A stretch of DNA of 64,000 nt from Candidatus Aminicenantes bacterium (GTDB taxonomy: Bacteria; Acidobacteriota; Aminicenantia; UBA2199): positions 278,087-342,086 of the forward strand of contig CAVSZS010000003.1 in assembly GCA_963732485.1 (NCBI GenBank), given 5' to 3'. Positions 29,635-38,430 of this stretch are shown one piece after another. The translations under genes were made by a program, and so were the position numbers. Position 1 is the first letter of the stretch. Every line of letters begins with the position of its first letter. The notes under the pieces were generated by a model that was not told the DNA's origin, searched no databases, and saw only the letters and a program-made list of their open reading frames with translations.

Positions 29635-30366
29635 CTACTTCCCGTCGCAGTAGGCATCGATCACTTCGGCAGCGGGCCCGTCCATGCGGATGCGCCCTTT
29701 TTCCAGCCAGATGGCCCGTCCGCAGTATTTCTTGAGAAACGCGTGGTCGTGCGAGGTCATGATCATGGTGCGCGGCGATTCCGCCAGGCGGATGAAATAG
29801 GCGTTGCACTCGCGGAAGAACGCCTGGTCCACGTGGACGAACGTCTCGTCGAAAACGAGAAATTCGGCGGGCGCCTGGAACACGATGCTGAGGGCCAGGC
29901 GCTGGCGCTGGCCCAGGGAAAGGTCGCGCAGCGGGGCATACCCCAGGGCCGTGATGTCGGCGGCATCCAGTATCTTCGCCACCAGCGGTTTCGTCTGCTT
30001 GCGCTTCATGCCGCAGACGGCGCCGAAGAGGTAGATGTTGTCGATCACCGGCAGGTCCGCGTTCTGGCCGATCCAGAATTTGAACAATGCCAGCGGCTCC
30101 ATCGCCACCTTCATGCTGCCGGCGCTGGGAGAGATGATGCCGGCCACCAGGCGCAGCAGGGTGGTCTTTCCCGAGCCGTTGCCGCCGATGACCGCGACCT
30201 TTTCCCCGCGCCGGATGGCGAAGGAAACGTCGCGCAGCGCCCACATCTCCATGAAGAGCTTTTCCGGCCCCCAGAGCGCCTTCAGCGCCCGCAGGGTGGA
30301 GCGCTGGCGCTTCAGCACCCGGTAGCGCTTGGCGGCATGGTCGGCATGTACCATCGGCTCGTTCAT
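29635..30366 (-). CDS. wzt: ABC transporter ATP-binding protein, Wzt/TagH-type (polysaccharide export)
   Basis: ORF 29635..31446 trimmed to MNEPMVHADHAAKRYRV at ATG 30364-30366, overlapping the wzm stop. Walker A GGNGSGKTT, signature LSLGQRQRLALS, Walker B LVFDE. Confidence 0.8.
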   Translation of the reverse strand: MNEPMVHADHAAKRYRVLKRQRSTLRALKALWGPEKLFMEMWALRDVSFAIRRGEKVAVIGGNGSGKTTLLRLVAGIISPSAGSMKVAMEPLALFKFWIGQNADLPVIDNIYLFGAVCGMKRKQTKPLVAKILDAADITALGYAPLRDLSLGQRQRLALSIVFQAPAEFLVFDETFVHVDQAFFRECNAYFIRLAESPRTMIMTSHDHAFLKKYCGRAIWLEKGRIRMDGPAAEVIDAYCDGK

Positions 30367-31178
30367 GTGCGGTCCAGTGCCTCCCCTTCCCAGCGCAGAA
30401 AAATGAGGTACGACGCGCACAGCGTGACGGCGCCCGAAATGAGGCAATGGGCGAGCAGCGGCGCCGCGAGCGCACCTCCCTCCATGAATATGGCGCGGAA
30501 GGCCTTCAGGAACGGAGCCAGCGGGTTCAGCCAGGAGATGAGCGAGCGCATGGCGGGGGAGAGGCTTTCCAGCGCGTAGAAAACCGGCGTAACGAAAAGG
30601 AACAGGCGCGCCATGATGGCCCAGACATGCTCCACGTCGCGCGCGAAGCAAAAGGCGAGCGACAGGGCCAGCCCGACCCCCAGCACCAGGGCGAGGAATG
30701 ACAGCAGGATCGGGACGAACAGCAGTGCGGATTTCCATGAGTAAAATCCGTACGCCAGGCTGATCACGGTGCAGATCGCCAGTTCGATGGCGAATTTCCA
30801 GGCGTTGATCGAGATGGTGGCCAGCACGAGGTTTTCGCGCGGGATGGTGGAGTTCAGGGCGATGTCGCGGTTGTAGCTGATGACCTTGAGCAGGTACGAA
30901 GTGGCGGTGATGAAAAAATTCACCATGATGATGCCCGTCAGCAGGTAGAGCGGATAGCCCGGGATGCCGCGCCCGAAATGGCGGCTGAACACGAAGTACA
31001 TGGAGGCCAGCATGGCCGCGGTGCCGATCAGGCTCCACAAACCGCCCAGCAGCGAATGATAGTCGCTGGCCTTGATGTTGGCCCGCACCATTTCCAGCAG
31101 GATGGTGCGGTTGGCCGGACGGGCCAGCCGCCTGGCGCGGTTTGCGAGACGGGCGCGGAAGGAGAGCCCCGGGATCAT
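30363..31178 (-). CDS. wzm: ABC-2 type transporter permease, Wzm-type
   Basis: ORF trimmed to MIPGLSFRARLANRARRLARPANRTILLEMVRANIKASDY (ATG 31176-31178), followed by 6 TM helices. Canonical ABC-2 N-terminus. Confidence 0.75.
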   Translation of the reverse strand: MIPGLSFRARLANRARRLARPANRTILLEMVRANIKASDYHSLLGGLWSLIGTAAMLASMYFVFSRHFGRGIPGYPLYLLTGIIMVNFFITATSYLLKVISYNRDIALNSTIPRENLVLATISINAWKFAIELAICTVISLAYGFYSWKSALLFVPILLSFLALVLGVGLALSLAFCFARDVEHVWAIMARLFLFVTPVFYALESLSPAMRSLISWLNPLAPFLKAFRAIFMEGGALAAPLLAHCLISGAVTLCASYLIFLRWEGEALDRT

Positions 31179-32215
31179 GGCCCGGCCCCGCTGAAACCGG
31201 CGCGCGGTTTTTTTCGCGATCCCAGGCCGGCGCAGAAAAATCCCGCCCGCGAAGACGTTTCCAGGAGCAGCAAAACGGGCCAGTAGGCCAGGAAGCGGGC
31301 CGGCCAGCCGGTTTGCCAGGCGCGCCAGCACGACCAGTAGAGCGCGGCCGCCACGGAGCGCAGCGCCAGCCGCGCCAGGCCGGGGATGCTCGCCGCCTTC
31401 GGCTCCGGAGCGGCGCTGAGGCGCCAGGAGGCCTGGCCGCTGGCAAAGGCGATTTTTAGCGCCGCTCCCAGGCGGGGATCGTTGCGGTGGCGGATGCGCA
31501 CACCGGGCGCGTAATGGACCGCAATGCCGACGGCGCGCAGGCGGCGGGTGAACTCCGTGTCCTCGCCGCGGGCGAACGATTCGTCGAAGCCGCCGATCTG
31601 CCCGAACACGTCGCTGCGGAAGGCGGCGCCTCCCGCCGCTTCCAGGTCATGGTCGGTGCGGACCGCGGTGCCGGGCCGGGTGCGGCGCCACGAGACGCGG
31701 CGGCCCGTCGCCTCCCCGCGTGGGAGCAGGCGGCGGATCACGCTCGCCTCCTGGTAGGCGTGAAGCGCCCGGCCGAGGAAACCGCCGCCGGCCAGGACGA
31801 CGTGAAAGCGCAACACCCGGGCCTGCGGCTGCTCCGTGAAAAAGCCGCAGATCGCGCGCGCGTAGCCCGGCGGCAGCAGGTAGTCGTCGGCGACTATGGC
31901 CGTCAGCGCCGTGCAGCTGTGGCGGATGCCGGTGTTCCGTGCCGCCGCGATGCCCCGCTGCGGCTGGAAAACGTAGCGCCACCCCGGCCGCGAAGCGGTC
32001 AGCGAGCGCACCATCTCCGCCGTGCCGTCGGAGGATCCGTCGTCGACCACCACGAAATGCAGGGGCATTCCCGGGTCATCCAGGGCGAAAAGCGATTCCA
32101 GGCAGCCGCGCAGCAGTTCGCGGCGATCGCGGGTGAGCACGATGATGGTGAGCCCCCTGGAGGCACCATTCGTGTCGTGCGTGAAATCCTGGCCTGGCAG
32201 CGCCGATTTTGACAT
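31175..32215 (-). CDS. glycosyltransferase family 2
   Basis: LTIIVLTRDRRELLRGCLESLFALDD ... HFVVVDDGSSDGT ... and the DXD region IVADDYLL. Start trimmed to MSKSALPGQDF. Confidence 0.65.
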   Translation of the reverse strand: MSKSALPGQDFTHDTNGASRGLTIIVLTRDRRELLRGCLESLFALDDPGMPLHFVVVDDGSSDGTAEMVRSLTASRPGWRYVFQPQRGIAAARNTGIRHSCTALTAIVADDYLLPPGYARAICGFFTEQPQARVLRFHVVLAGGGFLGRALHAYQEASVIRRLLPRGEATGRRVSWRRTRPGTAVRTDHDLEAAGGAAFRSDVFGQIGGFDESFARGEDTEFTRRLRAVGIAVHYAPGVRIRHRNDPRLGAALKIAFASGQASWRLSAAPEPKAASIPGLARLALRSVAAALYWSCWRAWQTGWPARFLAYWPVLLLLETSSRAGFFCAGLGSRKKPRAGFSGAGP

Positions 32216-32346
32216 GGAGGGATTATAAGCCCAAGGCCGGTGATTTTCCAGCGCGGTCAACAGAAAGTGTTAGTGTTTTGGATTCGTGAGGTTTGAAACT
32301 TTAGATTTATTCGGAATCTGGGAATAGCGTCTTTTCGCGCCACATG

Positions 32347-33345
32347 TCACTCGTTACGCGTCACGAAGCTCTTTCTATTTCTTAATTTCTCTTTCCACTC
32401 GGGTATGAGATGCCGGGGCCGCTTGCCGGCCAGCGCCTGGCGCACGGCCTCGACGGTCATCAGCGCCATCTGCCGCCGCGTTTGCCGGGTGGCGCTGCCC
32501 AGGTGCGGCAGGAGCACCACGTTCGCCAGGCTGCGCAATTTTTCGCTGACGGCCGGCTCGTTCTCGTAGACGTCAAGGCCGGCGCCGAAGAGCTCGCGCT
32601 TCTCGAGGGCCGCGGCCAGGGCTTCCTCGTCCATCAGCGGTCCGCGGGCGGTGTTGATGAAGATGGCGTCCTTTTTCATCAGGGCGAAGACGTCGCGGCC
32701 GAACAGGTGGCGCACGCTCGGCGAATAGGGCAGGTGCAGCGAGACGACGTCGGCGCTGCGGATCAGCTCCAGGAATGTGACGCGGGCGAAGCCGTACTTT
32801 TCCTCGATGCCCGGCTTGGCGCCGCGCGAATAAAAGAAGACCTTCATGCCGTGGGCGCGAGCGCGCAGGGCCACGGCCAGGCCGATACGCCCCATGCCCA
32901 CGATGCCCAGGATGGCGCCGTTCAGCTCCTTGCCCAGCAGCAGGCCGGCCTGCCAGCCGCTGAAGCCGCCGGAGCGGACCAAGGCGTCGCCCTCGACCAG
33001 GCGCCGCGCCACGGCGAGAATCAGGGCCATGGCCAGGTCGGCGGTGGCGTTGGTCAGGACGTCTGGAGTGTGGGTGACCAGCACGTTGCGCTCCAGGGCA
33101 CGGCCGACGTCGATGTTGTTGTAGCCGACGGCGAAATTGGCGATGACCTTCAGCTTGGGCATGGCGTTGATGGCCGCGGCGTCAATGGGGTCGGAGAGAA
33201 AGCTGATCAGGGCGGCGGCGTCGGGGTGGCGCCGGCAGCAGGAGGCCAGGCCGCCCTCGTCGTCGGCGATCAGCAGCTGGAATTCGCGGCGCAGGCGCTC
33301 AACGGCGTCGTCGTGGTAGCGGTGGGCGAGAATGACTTTTTTCAT
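32347..33345 (-). CDS. D-isomer-specific 2-hydroxyacid dehydrogenase (glyoxylate/hydroxypyruvate reductase-like)
   Basis: ORF trimmed to MKKVILAHRY. NAD motif GIVGMGRIGLAVA and the catalytic region NTARGPLMDEEAL...LDVYENEP. Confidence 0.8.
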   Translation of the reverse strand: MKKVILAHRYHDDAVERLRREFQLLIADDEGGLASCCRRHPDAAALISFLSDPIDAAAINAMPKLKVIANFAVGYNNIDVGRALERNVLVTHTPDVLTNATADLAMALILAVARRLVEGDALVRSGGFSGWQAGLLLGKELNGAILGIVGMGRIGLAVALRARAHGMKVFFYSRGAKPGIEEKYGFARVTFLELIRSADVVSLHLPYSPSVRHLFGRDVFALMKKDAIFINTARGPLMDEEALAAALEKRELFGAGLDVYENEPAVSEKLRSLANVVLLPHLGSATRQTRRQMALMTVEAVRQALAGKRPRHLIPEWKEKLRNRKSFVTRNE

Positions 33346-33986
33346 TTTGCGATATGCTTCGCGATGGCCTGGAAGGCGCGGTGGAACTCGGCGGCGAATT
33401 TTTCCCTGGCAGCGAAGGGGCGGATCCCCGTCGCCTCGACGCGGTCGCTGAGCACGACCAGGGCGTGGAACGGGCGGCCCAGGAACCAGCGCAGCGGGAA
33501 CAGCTCCATCTCCACGATGTCGGCGCGGCGGGCGCGCTGCGCCGCCAGCCACGCCGGCGTCTCGCGCTGGATCACATCCACGCTCACGCCGCGCACGGCG
33601 GGGAAGGAGCGGTCGGCGAAGGTCTTGAGCGGCAGGGTGGAGCGGGAAAAGCGCTTGAAGATCGAACTGGGGATGACGTCCCTGACCTGCACCGCCGCGG
33701 GGGCGCGGAAGCGCGGGGCCAGCGCCCCGGCCGACCCCAGGAAAAAGATTTCCTTTTCCTCCAGGCTGCCGACCAGCCCCAGCAAGGTGAACAGGTGCGG
33801 GTAGCCGAGAAAGCCGCTGATGACGGCATGGTCGGCGAAAACCAGCAGCGAGGAATGGAGCAGGGAGTGCCGGCGCTCGGCCCGCTGCTGCAGCTCGGCG
33901 AGCAGGGGGCCTTGCGAAAAATGCGGCACCAGGACCAGGGAGGGGGGCAGGGCGAACTGCCGTGGGTGAAAAAGAGATGGCTTCAT
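33342..33986 (-). CDS. purine-nucleoside phosphorylase/MTA-SAH nucleosidase family protein (possibly futalosine hydrolase-like)
   Basis: 214 aa with phosphorylase-family-1 fold features (GSAGALAP ... RADIVEMELFPL). Subfamily cannot be fixed from sequence alone. Confidence 0.45.
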   Translation of the reverse strand: MKPSLFHPRQFALPPSLVLVPHFSQGPLLAELQQRAERRHSLLHSSLLVFADHAVISGFLGYPHLFTLLGLVGSLEEKEIFFLGSAGALAPRFRAPAAVQVRDVIPSSIFKRFSRSTLPLKTFADRSFPAVRGVSVDVIQRETPAWLAAQRARRADIVEMELFPLRWFLGRPFHALVVLSDRVEATGIRPFAAREKFAAEFHRAFQAIAKHIAK

Positions 33987-33997
33987 GATGGAAACAA

Positions 33998-34070
33998 TGG
34001 GCGATGCAGGATTCGAACCTGCGACTCCTACCGTGTGAAGGTAATACTCTAGCCGCTGAGTTAATCGCCC
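33998..34070 (-). tRNA. tRNA-Val (anticodon CAC)
   Basis: 73 nt: GGGCGAT-TA-ACTC-AGCGGCTAG-AGT-A-TTACC-TTCACAC-GGTAG-GAGTC-GCAGG-TTCGAAT-CCTGC-ATCGCCC-A. Acceptor, D, anticodon and T stems all pair. Anticodon loop TTCACAC, T-loop TTCGAAT, no encoded CCA. Confidence 0.85.
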
Positions 34071-34181
34071 AGAGCCGATATTATAAGATGAAAAGCGCTT
34101 GCGGTCAAGAGTTTCGCCGAGGCCGAACTATCCGCCGGAGCAAAGAGGTTCGGGGAGAAGCCTGCTCCGCCCCGGCGCCGG

Positions 34182-34210
34182 TTGGCAAGCCGGGCATTTT
34201 TATGTATAAT
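34182..34210 (+). promoter_or_regulatory. sigma70-like promoter TTGGCA-17bp-TATAAT upstream of the ClC gene
   Basis: TTGGCA at 34182-34187, a 17-nt spacer, TATAAT at 34205-34210, about 65 nt before the CDS start. Confidence 0.5.
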
Positions 34211-34275
34211 CAATTCTACTCAACGCGAGAATCGATCCCTTCTCCCGCGAAATCTACAAGGCAGGGGCAGATGTA

Positions 34276-36003
34276 TTGAAGAATGCAGTAAAGAAGTTTA
34301 TCAGCGGCCATTTTCCGAGAAAAGTTCCCGATAATATCGGCATTGCCATCCAGACGGGAACGCTGGGCCTGCTGGCCGGGCTCTCCTCCGTCCTGTTCAT
34401 GTGGATGGTCAACCTTGTGTATTCGCGGACCTTCCTGAGCTTCGCCGCGGGCTCGCCGCGGGCCTTCATTCTTTCCAGCCTGCTGACCATCGTCGTCACT
34501 TCCGCTGCCGTGGGATTCCTGCTCAACGTATTCAGCCCCGAGGCGGCCGGCAGCGGCATCCCCCAGGTCAAATCGGCCTACTGGAAGGATCTCGGCTACA
34601 TGAAGATCCGGCCGGTCCTGGTGAAGTTCGTGGCCGGCGTATTAAGCATCGGCGGCGGCAACAGCCTCGGCCGCGAAGGCCCCTCGGTGTTCATCGGCAG
34701 CGGCGTCGCCGCCAATGCCGACGCCATGTTCGGCACGCCCCTGCGGGGACGGAGGGGTGCGGCGGTCATCGGCGCCTCGGCCGGGCTGGCCGCAGCCTTC
34801 AACGCCCCGCTTGCCGCCATCGCCTTCGTAATCGAGGAGATTGTCGGCGACCTGAACAACCGCTATCTCGGCCGCGTCGTCCTCTCCTCGGTGATCGGTG
34901 CCTTCGTCGTTTATGCCCTGATCGGCCGCCAACCTGCATTCGTCCTCCCCCCCATCGAGAACATTTCCTGGCTTCATTACCTAATCGTTCCCGTGGTCGC
35001 CCTGGCCGCCGCCCTGGCCGGCGTCGTCTTTCAGCGCGCTACCCTGCGCTGGCGCCTGCGCCTGCGCAAGCAGAAGCGCATCCCCGCCTGGTTGATGCCC
35101 GTCCTGGGCGGCCTGCTGACCTGGGTCATCGGCTGCACGGTGTTCCTCGCCGTAGGCAAGATCGGCGTCTTCGGGCTGGGCTACCAGGATCTTTCCAGCG
35201 CCCTGGGCAATCACTTCGAATGGAAGGTCGCCGGCGTTATGGTCGTGGCCAAGCTGCTGGCCATGATTATTGGCTACAGTTTCGGCGGCTGCGGCGGCAT
35301 CTTCGCCCCCCTGCTGTTCGTCGGCGGCATGGCCGGCTATTTCCTGGGTGGGCTGGCACGGCTATGGATTCCCCTCACCCCCGCCGACCAGATCGTGCTG
35401 GGTGTCGTGGGTATGAGCGCCTGCCTGGGGGCAGCCGTCCGGGCGCCGCTGACCTCGATGCTGATCGTCTTCGAGATGACGCACCAGTTCACCCTGGTGC
35501 CCAGCCTGCTGCTGGGAACGATCATCAGCCAGTGGGCGGCGCGCTATGCGGGCAAGCTTAATTTCTACGATGCCCTGCTGGTGCAGGATGGCCACGAGCT
35601 GCACAAGATCCATCCCCCGGTCGATTTGCAGGGCTGGCAGAACCTGCCGGTCTCGGCCATCGCCAACCCGGCTCCGGTCATGCTGGGCAGCCTCGGCGGG
35701 GACGAGATGCGCGAGAAGCTGGACCACTTTCCCTTTAACAGCTTTCCGCTGCTGGAGAAGGGCAAGGTAAGGGGAATCGTGACCCGGCAGGCCATGGAGA
35801 AGGCCGGGCTCAGCGGCGGCCCTCCCGAGGTCCTGAAGGCCGCCTTTTGCTATCCCGAGCAGACGGTGCGCGAGATCGGCAAGAAATTTCTGGAATCCTC
35901 CGCCTATGTGCTGATCGTCGTGGATAGGGATACGAAGGCCGTTAGGGGAATCGTCACGCTCCACGACCTGATCCGCGCCCAGGCCGCGATTTTAAATGGC
36001 TGA
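34276..36003 (+). CDS. ClC family chloride channel / H+-Cl- antiporter with C-terminal CBS domains
   Basis: 575 aa. ClC motifs GSGIP, GREGP and GIFAP/GxFxP. C-terminal tandem CBS-like region (PLLEKGKVRGIVTRQ...VRGIVTLHDLI). The 5' end may use a TTG/GTG start. Confidence 0.85.
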   Translation: MKNAVKKFISGHFPRKVPDNIGIAIQTGTLGLLAGLSSVLFMWMVNLVYSRTFLSFAAGSPRAFILSSLLTIVVTSAAVGFLLNVFSPEAAGSGIPQVKSAYWKDLGYMKIRPVLVKFVAGVLSIGGGNSLGREGPSVFIGSGVAANADAMFGTPLRGRRGAAVIGASAGLAAAFNAPLAAIAFVIEEIVGDLNNRYLGRVVLSSVIGAFVVYALIGRQPAFVLPPIENISWLHYLIVPVVALAAALAGVVFQRATLRWRLRLRKQKRIPAWLMPVLGGLLTWVIGCTVFLAVGKIGVFGLGYQDLSSALGNHFEWKVAGVMVVAKLLAMIIGYSFGGCGGIFAPLLFVGGMAGYFLGGLARLWIPLTPADQIVLGVVGMSACLGAAVRAPLTSMLIVFEMTHQFTLVPSLLLGTIISQWAARYAGKLNFYDALLVQDGHELHKIHPPVDLQGWQNLPVSAIANPAPVMLGSLGGDEMREKLDHFPFNSFPLLEKGKVRGIVTRQAMEKAGLSGGPPEVLKAAFCYPEQTVREIGKKFLESSAYVLIVVDRDTKAVRGIVTLHDLIRAQAAILNG

Positions 36004-36312
36004 ATATTGCTGAGCGCTGATCGCCGCCAGGGTTCGGCCACGAACAGCTCGGGTTGACTTTTTTTTCGTGGCAAGTATCATGATAGCCAGCATCGGAAAA
36101 TGGGTGCGGTGGCATGGACTTTTGCTGCCGCAGGGCACGTCGGGGTGGTCGGGCCGCCATCCGTTAATACGCTGATCATGCCATGCGCATGATTTTGGCG
36201 TAATCATGGAGGTGGTGATGAATGGTTTGCTTGGTCTGGGAAAAGAACGTTGCCCGGAGATCGGATGTGGGATGGCGATTTTTCCATTATTCCCCGGCAA
36301 AAAGAAAAATTC

Positions 36313-37782
36313 ATGAACTGGAACAAGGAGATTCTGAAGAATTTCACCAAGAAAATGATCGCCAACCATCATTTTGTCGTGGTGTCATCCCGTGAACCCT
36401 ATATCCACTCCTATTCCAACCAGGGAATCGAATATATCACGCCGGCCAGCGGCATGGCAACCGCCATCATGCCCATCATGACCGCTTGCGGCGGCGTCTG
36501 GATCGCCCACGGCTCCGGCGAGGCCGATCGGGACGTCGTGGATGAGCAAGATCATATTGCTGTTCCCCCCGCTGACCCGAAATACACACTGCGCCGGATT
36601 TGGCTTTCCAAGGAGGAAGAGGAAGGCTTCTATTACGGATATGCCAATGAAGGGCTATGGCCTCTTAGCCATATAGTATATTCCCGGCCGACGTTCCGGG
36701 AAAAAGACTGGGAGATGTACTGCCACGTCAATGAAAAATTCTGCGAAGCCGTGCTCCAGGAGCTGCACGGAAAACCCGGGTTTGTTTTCATTCAGGATTA
36801 TCATTTTGCTATGCTCCCCCGCATGATCAAAGCAAAGCGTCCCGATGTCGTGGTGGCCCAATTCTGGCACATCCCCTGGCCCAACCGTGAGGCATTCCGC
36901 GTTTGCCCCCACGGTAACGAGATCCTGGACGGCCTTCTGGGAAATGATATCCTGGGCTTCCATCTGCGCTACCATTGCCTGAATTTCCTGGACACCATCA
37001 ATCATAACATCGAGGCCATTGTCAACCATGAAAGGTTCTCGGTAACACGGCATGGGCGGGAAAGCCTGATCAGAGCCTTTCCTATCAGCATTGATTTTGA
37101 TGCGATTACAGAGATCGCCCGCAGCAAGGAAACCGATCGGCGAGTGGCTGAAATCCGCAGCGATTTTCATGTGCGCGGCAAGTTGCTTGGCGTGGGTGTC
37201 GACCGCATCGACTATACCAAGGGCATCATCGAGCGGTTCGCCGCCATCGACCGCTTTTTGGAAAAATGTCCTGCCTACATCGGAAAATTCGTTTTTATGC
37301 AGTTGGGCCCGATCTCACGGATCCATATTCCCAGATACCGGGAATACAATGATGCCGTCTATCATGTCATGCTCGAGATCAATGACAAATGGAGGATCAA
37401 GGACTGGCAGCCGATCATCATGAAAAAGATCCATTTGTCGCTGGGCGAGGTGGTGGCGTATTTCCGGGCAGCTGAGCTGTGCATCGTGAGTTCGATCCAT
37501 GACGGGATGAACCTGGTGGCCAAGGAGTTCGTCGCGGCGCGGGTCGACCATGACGGCGTTTTGCTGCTCAGCCAGTTTACCGGGGCAGCCAGAGAGTTGC
37601 CCGAAGCGTTGATGGTCAATCCGCTGGCAGTCGATCAGTTCGCCGATCAAATCCGCAACGGCCTGGAAATGCCAGCCGCTGAAAGAAAACGTTGTATGAT
37701 CGCCATGCGCAACAATGTCGAGCGCAACAATGTCTTTCGCTGGGCGGGGCATATTCTCGAAGAGATGAAAAAAAGGAGGTAA
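36313..37782 (+). CDS. GT20-family alpha-glucosyl-phosphate synthase (OtsA/GgpS-like paralog)
   Basis: ORF trimmed to MNWNKEILKNF. HFVVVSSREPY...GLWPLSHIV...FIQDYHFAMLP...FWHIPWP...GVDRIDYTKGI are GT20 retaining-GT motifs. N-terminal region resembles GgpS (HREPY) more than canonical OtsA. Confidence 0.65.
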   Translation: MNWNKEILKNFTKKMIANHHFVVVSSREPYIHSYSNQGIEYITPASGMATAIMPIMTACGGVWIAHGSGEADRDVVDEQDHIAVPPADPKYTLRRIWLSKEEEEGFYYGYANEGLWPLSHIVYSRPTFREKDWEMYCHVNEKFCEAVLQELHGKPGFVFIQDYHFAMLPRMIKAKRPDVVVAQFWHIPWPNREAFRVCPHGNEILDGLLGNDILGFHLRYHCLNFLDTINHNIEAIVNHERFSVTRHGRESLIRAFPISIDFDAITEIARSKETDRRVAEIRSDFHVRGKLLGVGVDRIDYTKGIIERFAAIDRFLEKCPAYIGKFVFMQLGPISRIHIPRYREYNDAVYHVMLEINDKWRIKDWQPIIMKKIHLSLGEVVAYFRAAELCIVSSIHDGMNLVAKEFVAARVDHDGVLLLSQFTGAARELPEALMVNPLAVDQFADQIRNGLEMPAAERKRCMIAMRNNVERNNVFRWAGHILEEMKKRR

Positions 37783-37785
37783 GGC

Positions 37786-38430
37786 GTGTCCCTGTTTTAC
37801 TTTAAAACGCGTTTAAACCTGGTGGAAATTCTGGGAATCAGGGTGAGCAATGTGCCCGACCTGCTCGAGCAGATCCGCCAGGTGCCGGGCTCTTCCATCT
37901 ATCACCATACGCACCGCTTTCTGCAGCAGCACAATTATCTTTGCCCCGAGCCGCCCAATGATTTCGCTTTCTGGATCAGCAATACCCTGAGGCTGAATGA
38001 CCTGGGCGAGCAGCTGGCCAGCGTCGATACGATCCGGTTTGTCAGGATCAACGACTTGCGCGATGCCTTAAGCGGCATCATCGAAAAGTACTTGCAGCGA
38101 AAATCCGATAAGATGGCCTTTTGCCAGGAAGGCGAAGAATTCCACTTTATGTCCTGCCGGACCTTTGTTTTTGCGACCGACCATCAGGCGGCCGACACTG
38201 CGGAATTCATCCAAGCGCTACGCACCATCAGCACCAACTCGCTGTACTACCATATATTCGAGTCCCGGCTGCGACTGGGCCAGGTAGGCAATGATTTTTC
38301 CCTCTGGTTCGAAGCCAACGGCCGCCGCCAGCTCGCCGCCGAGATCGCCAAGCTGGACCCGTATACCATCACCCTCGAGGGCCTGCGAAAAAAAATCATC
38401 CAAATCGTGGAGAAACATGCTGCAAATTAA
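37786..38430 (+). CDS. hypothetical protein (unknown function, embedded in trehalose/glucoside synthesis cluster)
   Basis: 214 aa, GTG start 4 nt after the GT20 stop. No recognisable motif. Soluble, lower-GC codon usage like its neighbours. Confidence 0.4.
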   Translation: MSLFYFKTRLNLVEILGIRVSNVPDLLEQIRQVPGSSIYHHTHRFLQQHNYLCPEPPNDFAFWISNTLRLNDLGEQLASVDTIRFVRINDLRDALSGIIEKYLQRKSDKMAFCQEGEEFHFMSCRTFVFATDHQAADTAEFIQALRTISTNSLYYHIFESRLRLGQVGNDFSLWFEANGRRQLAAEIAKLDPYTITLEGLRKKIIQIVEKHAAN

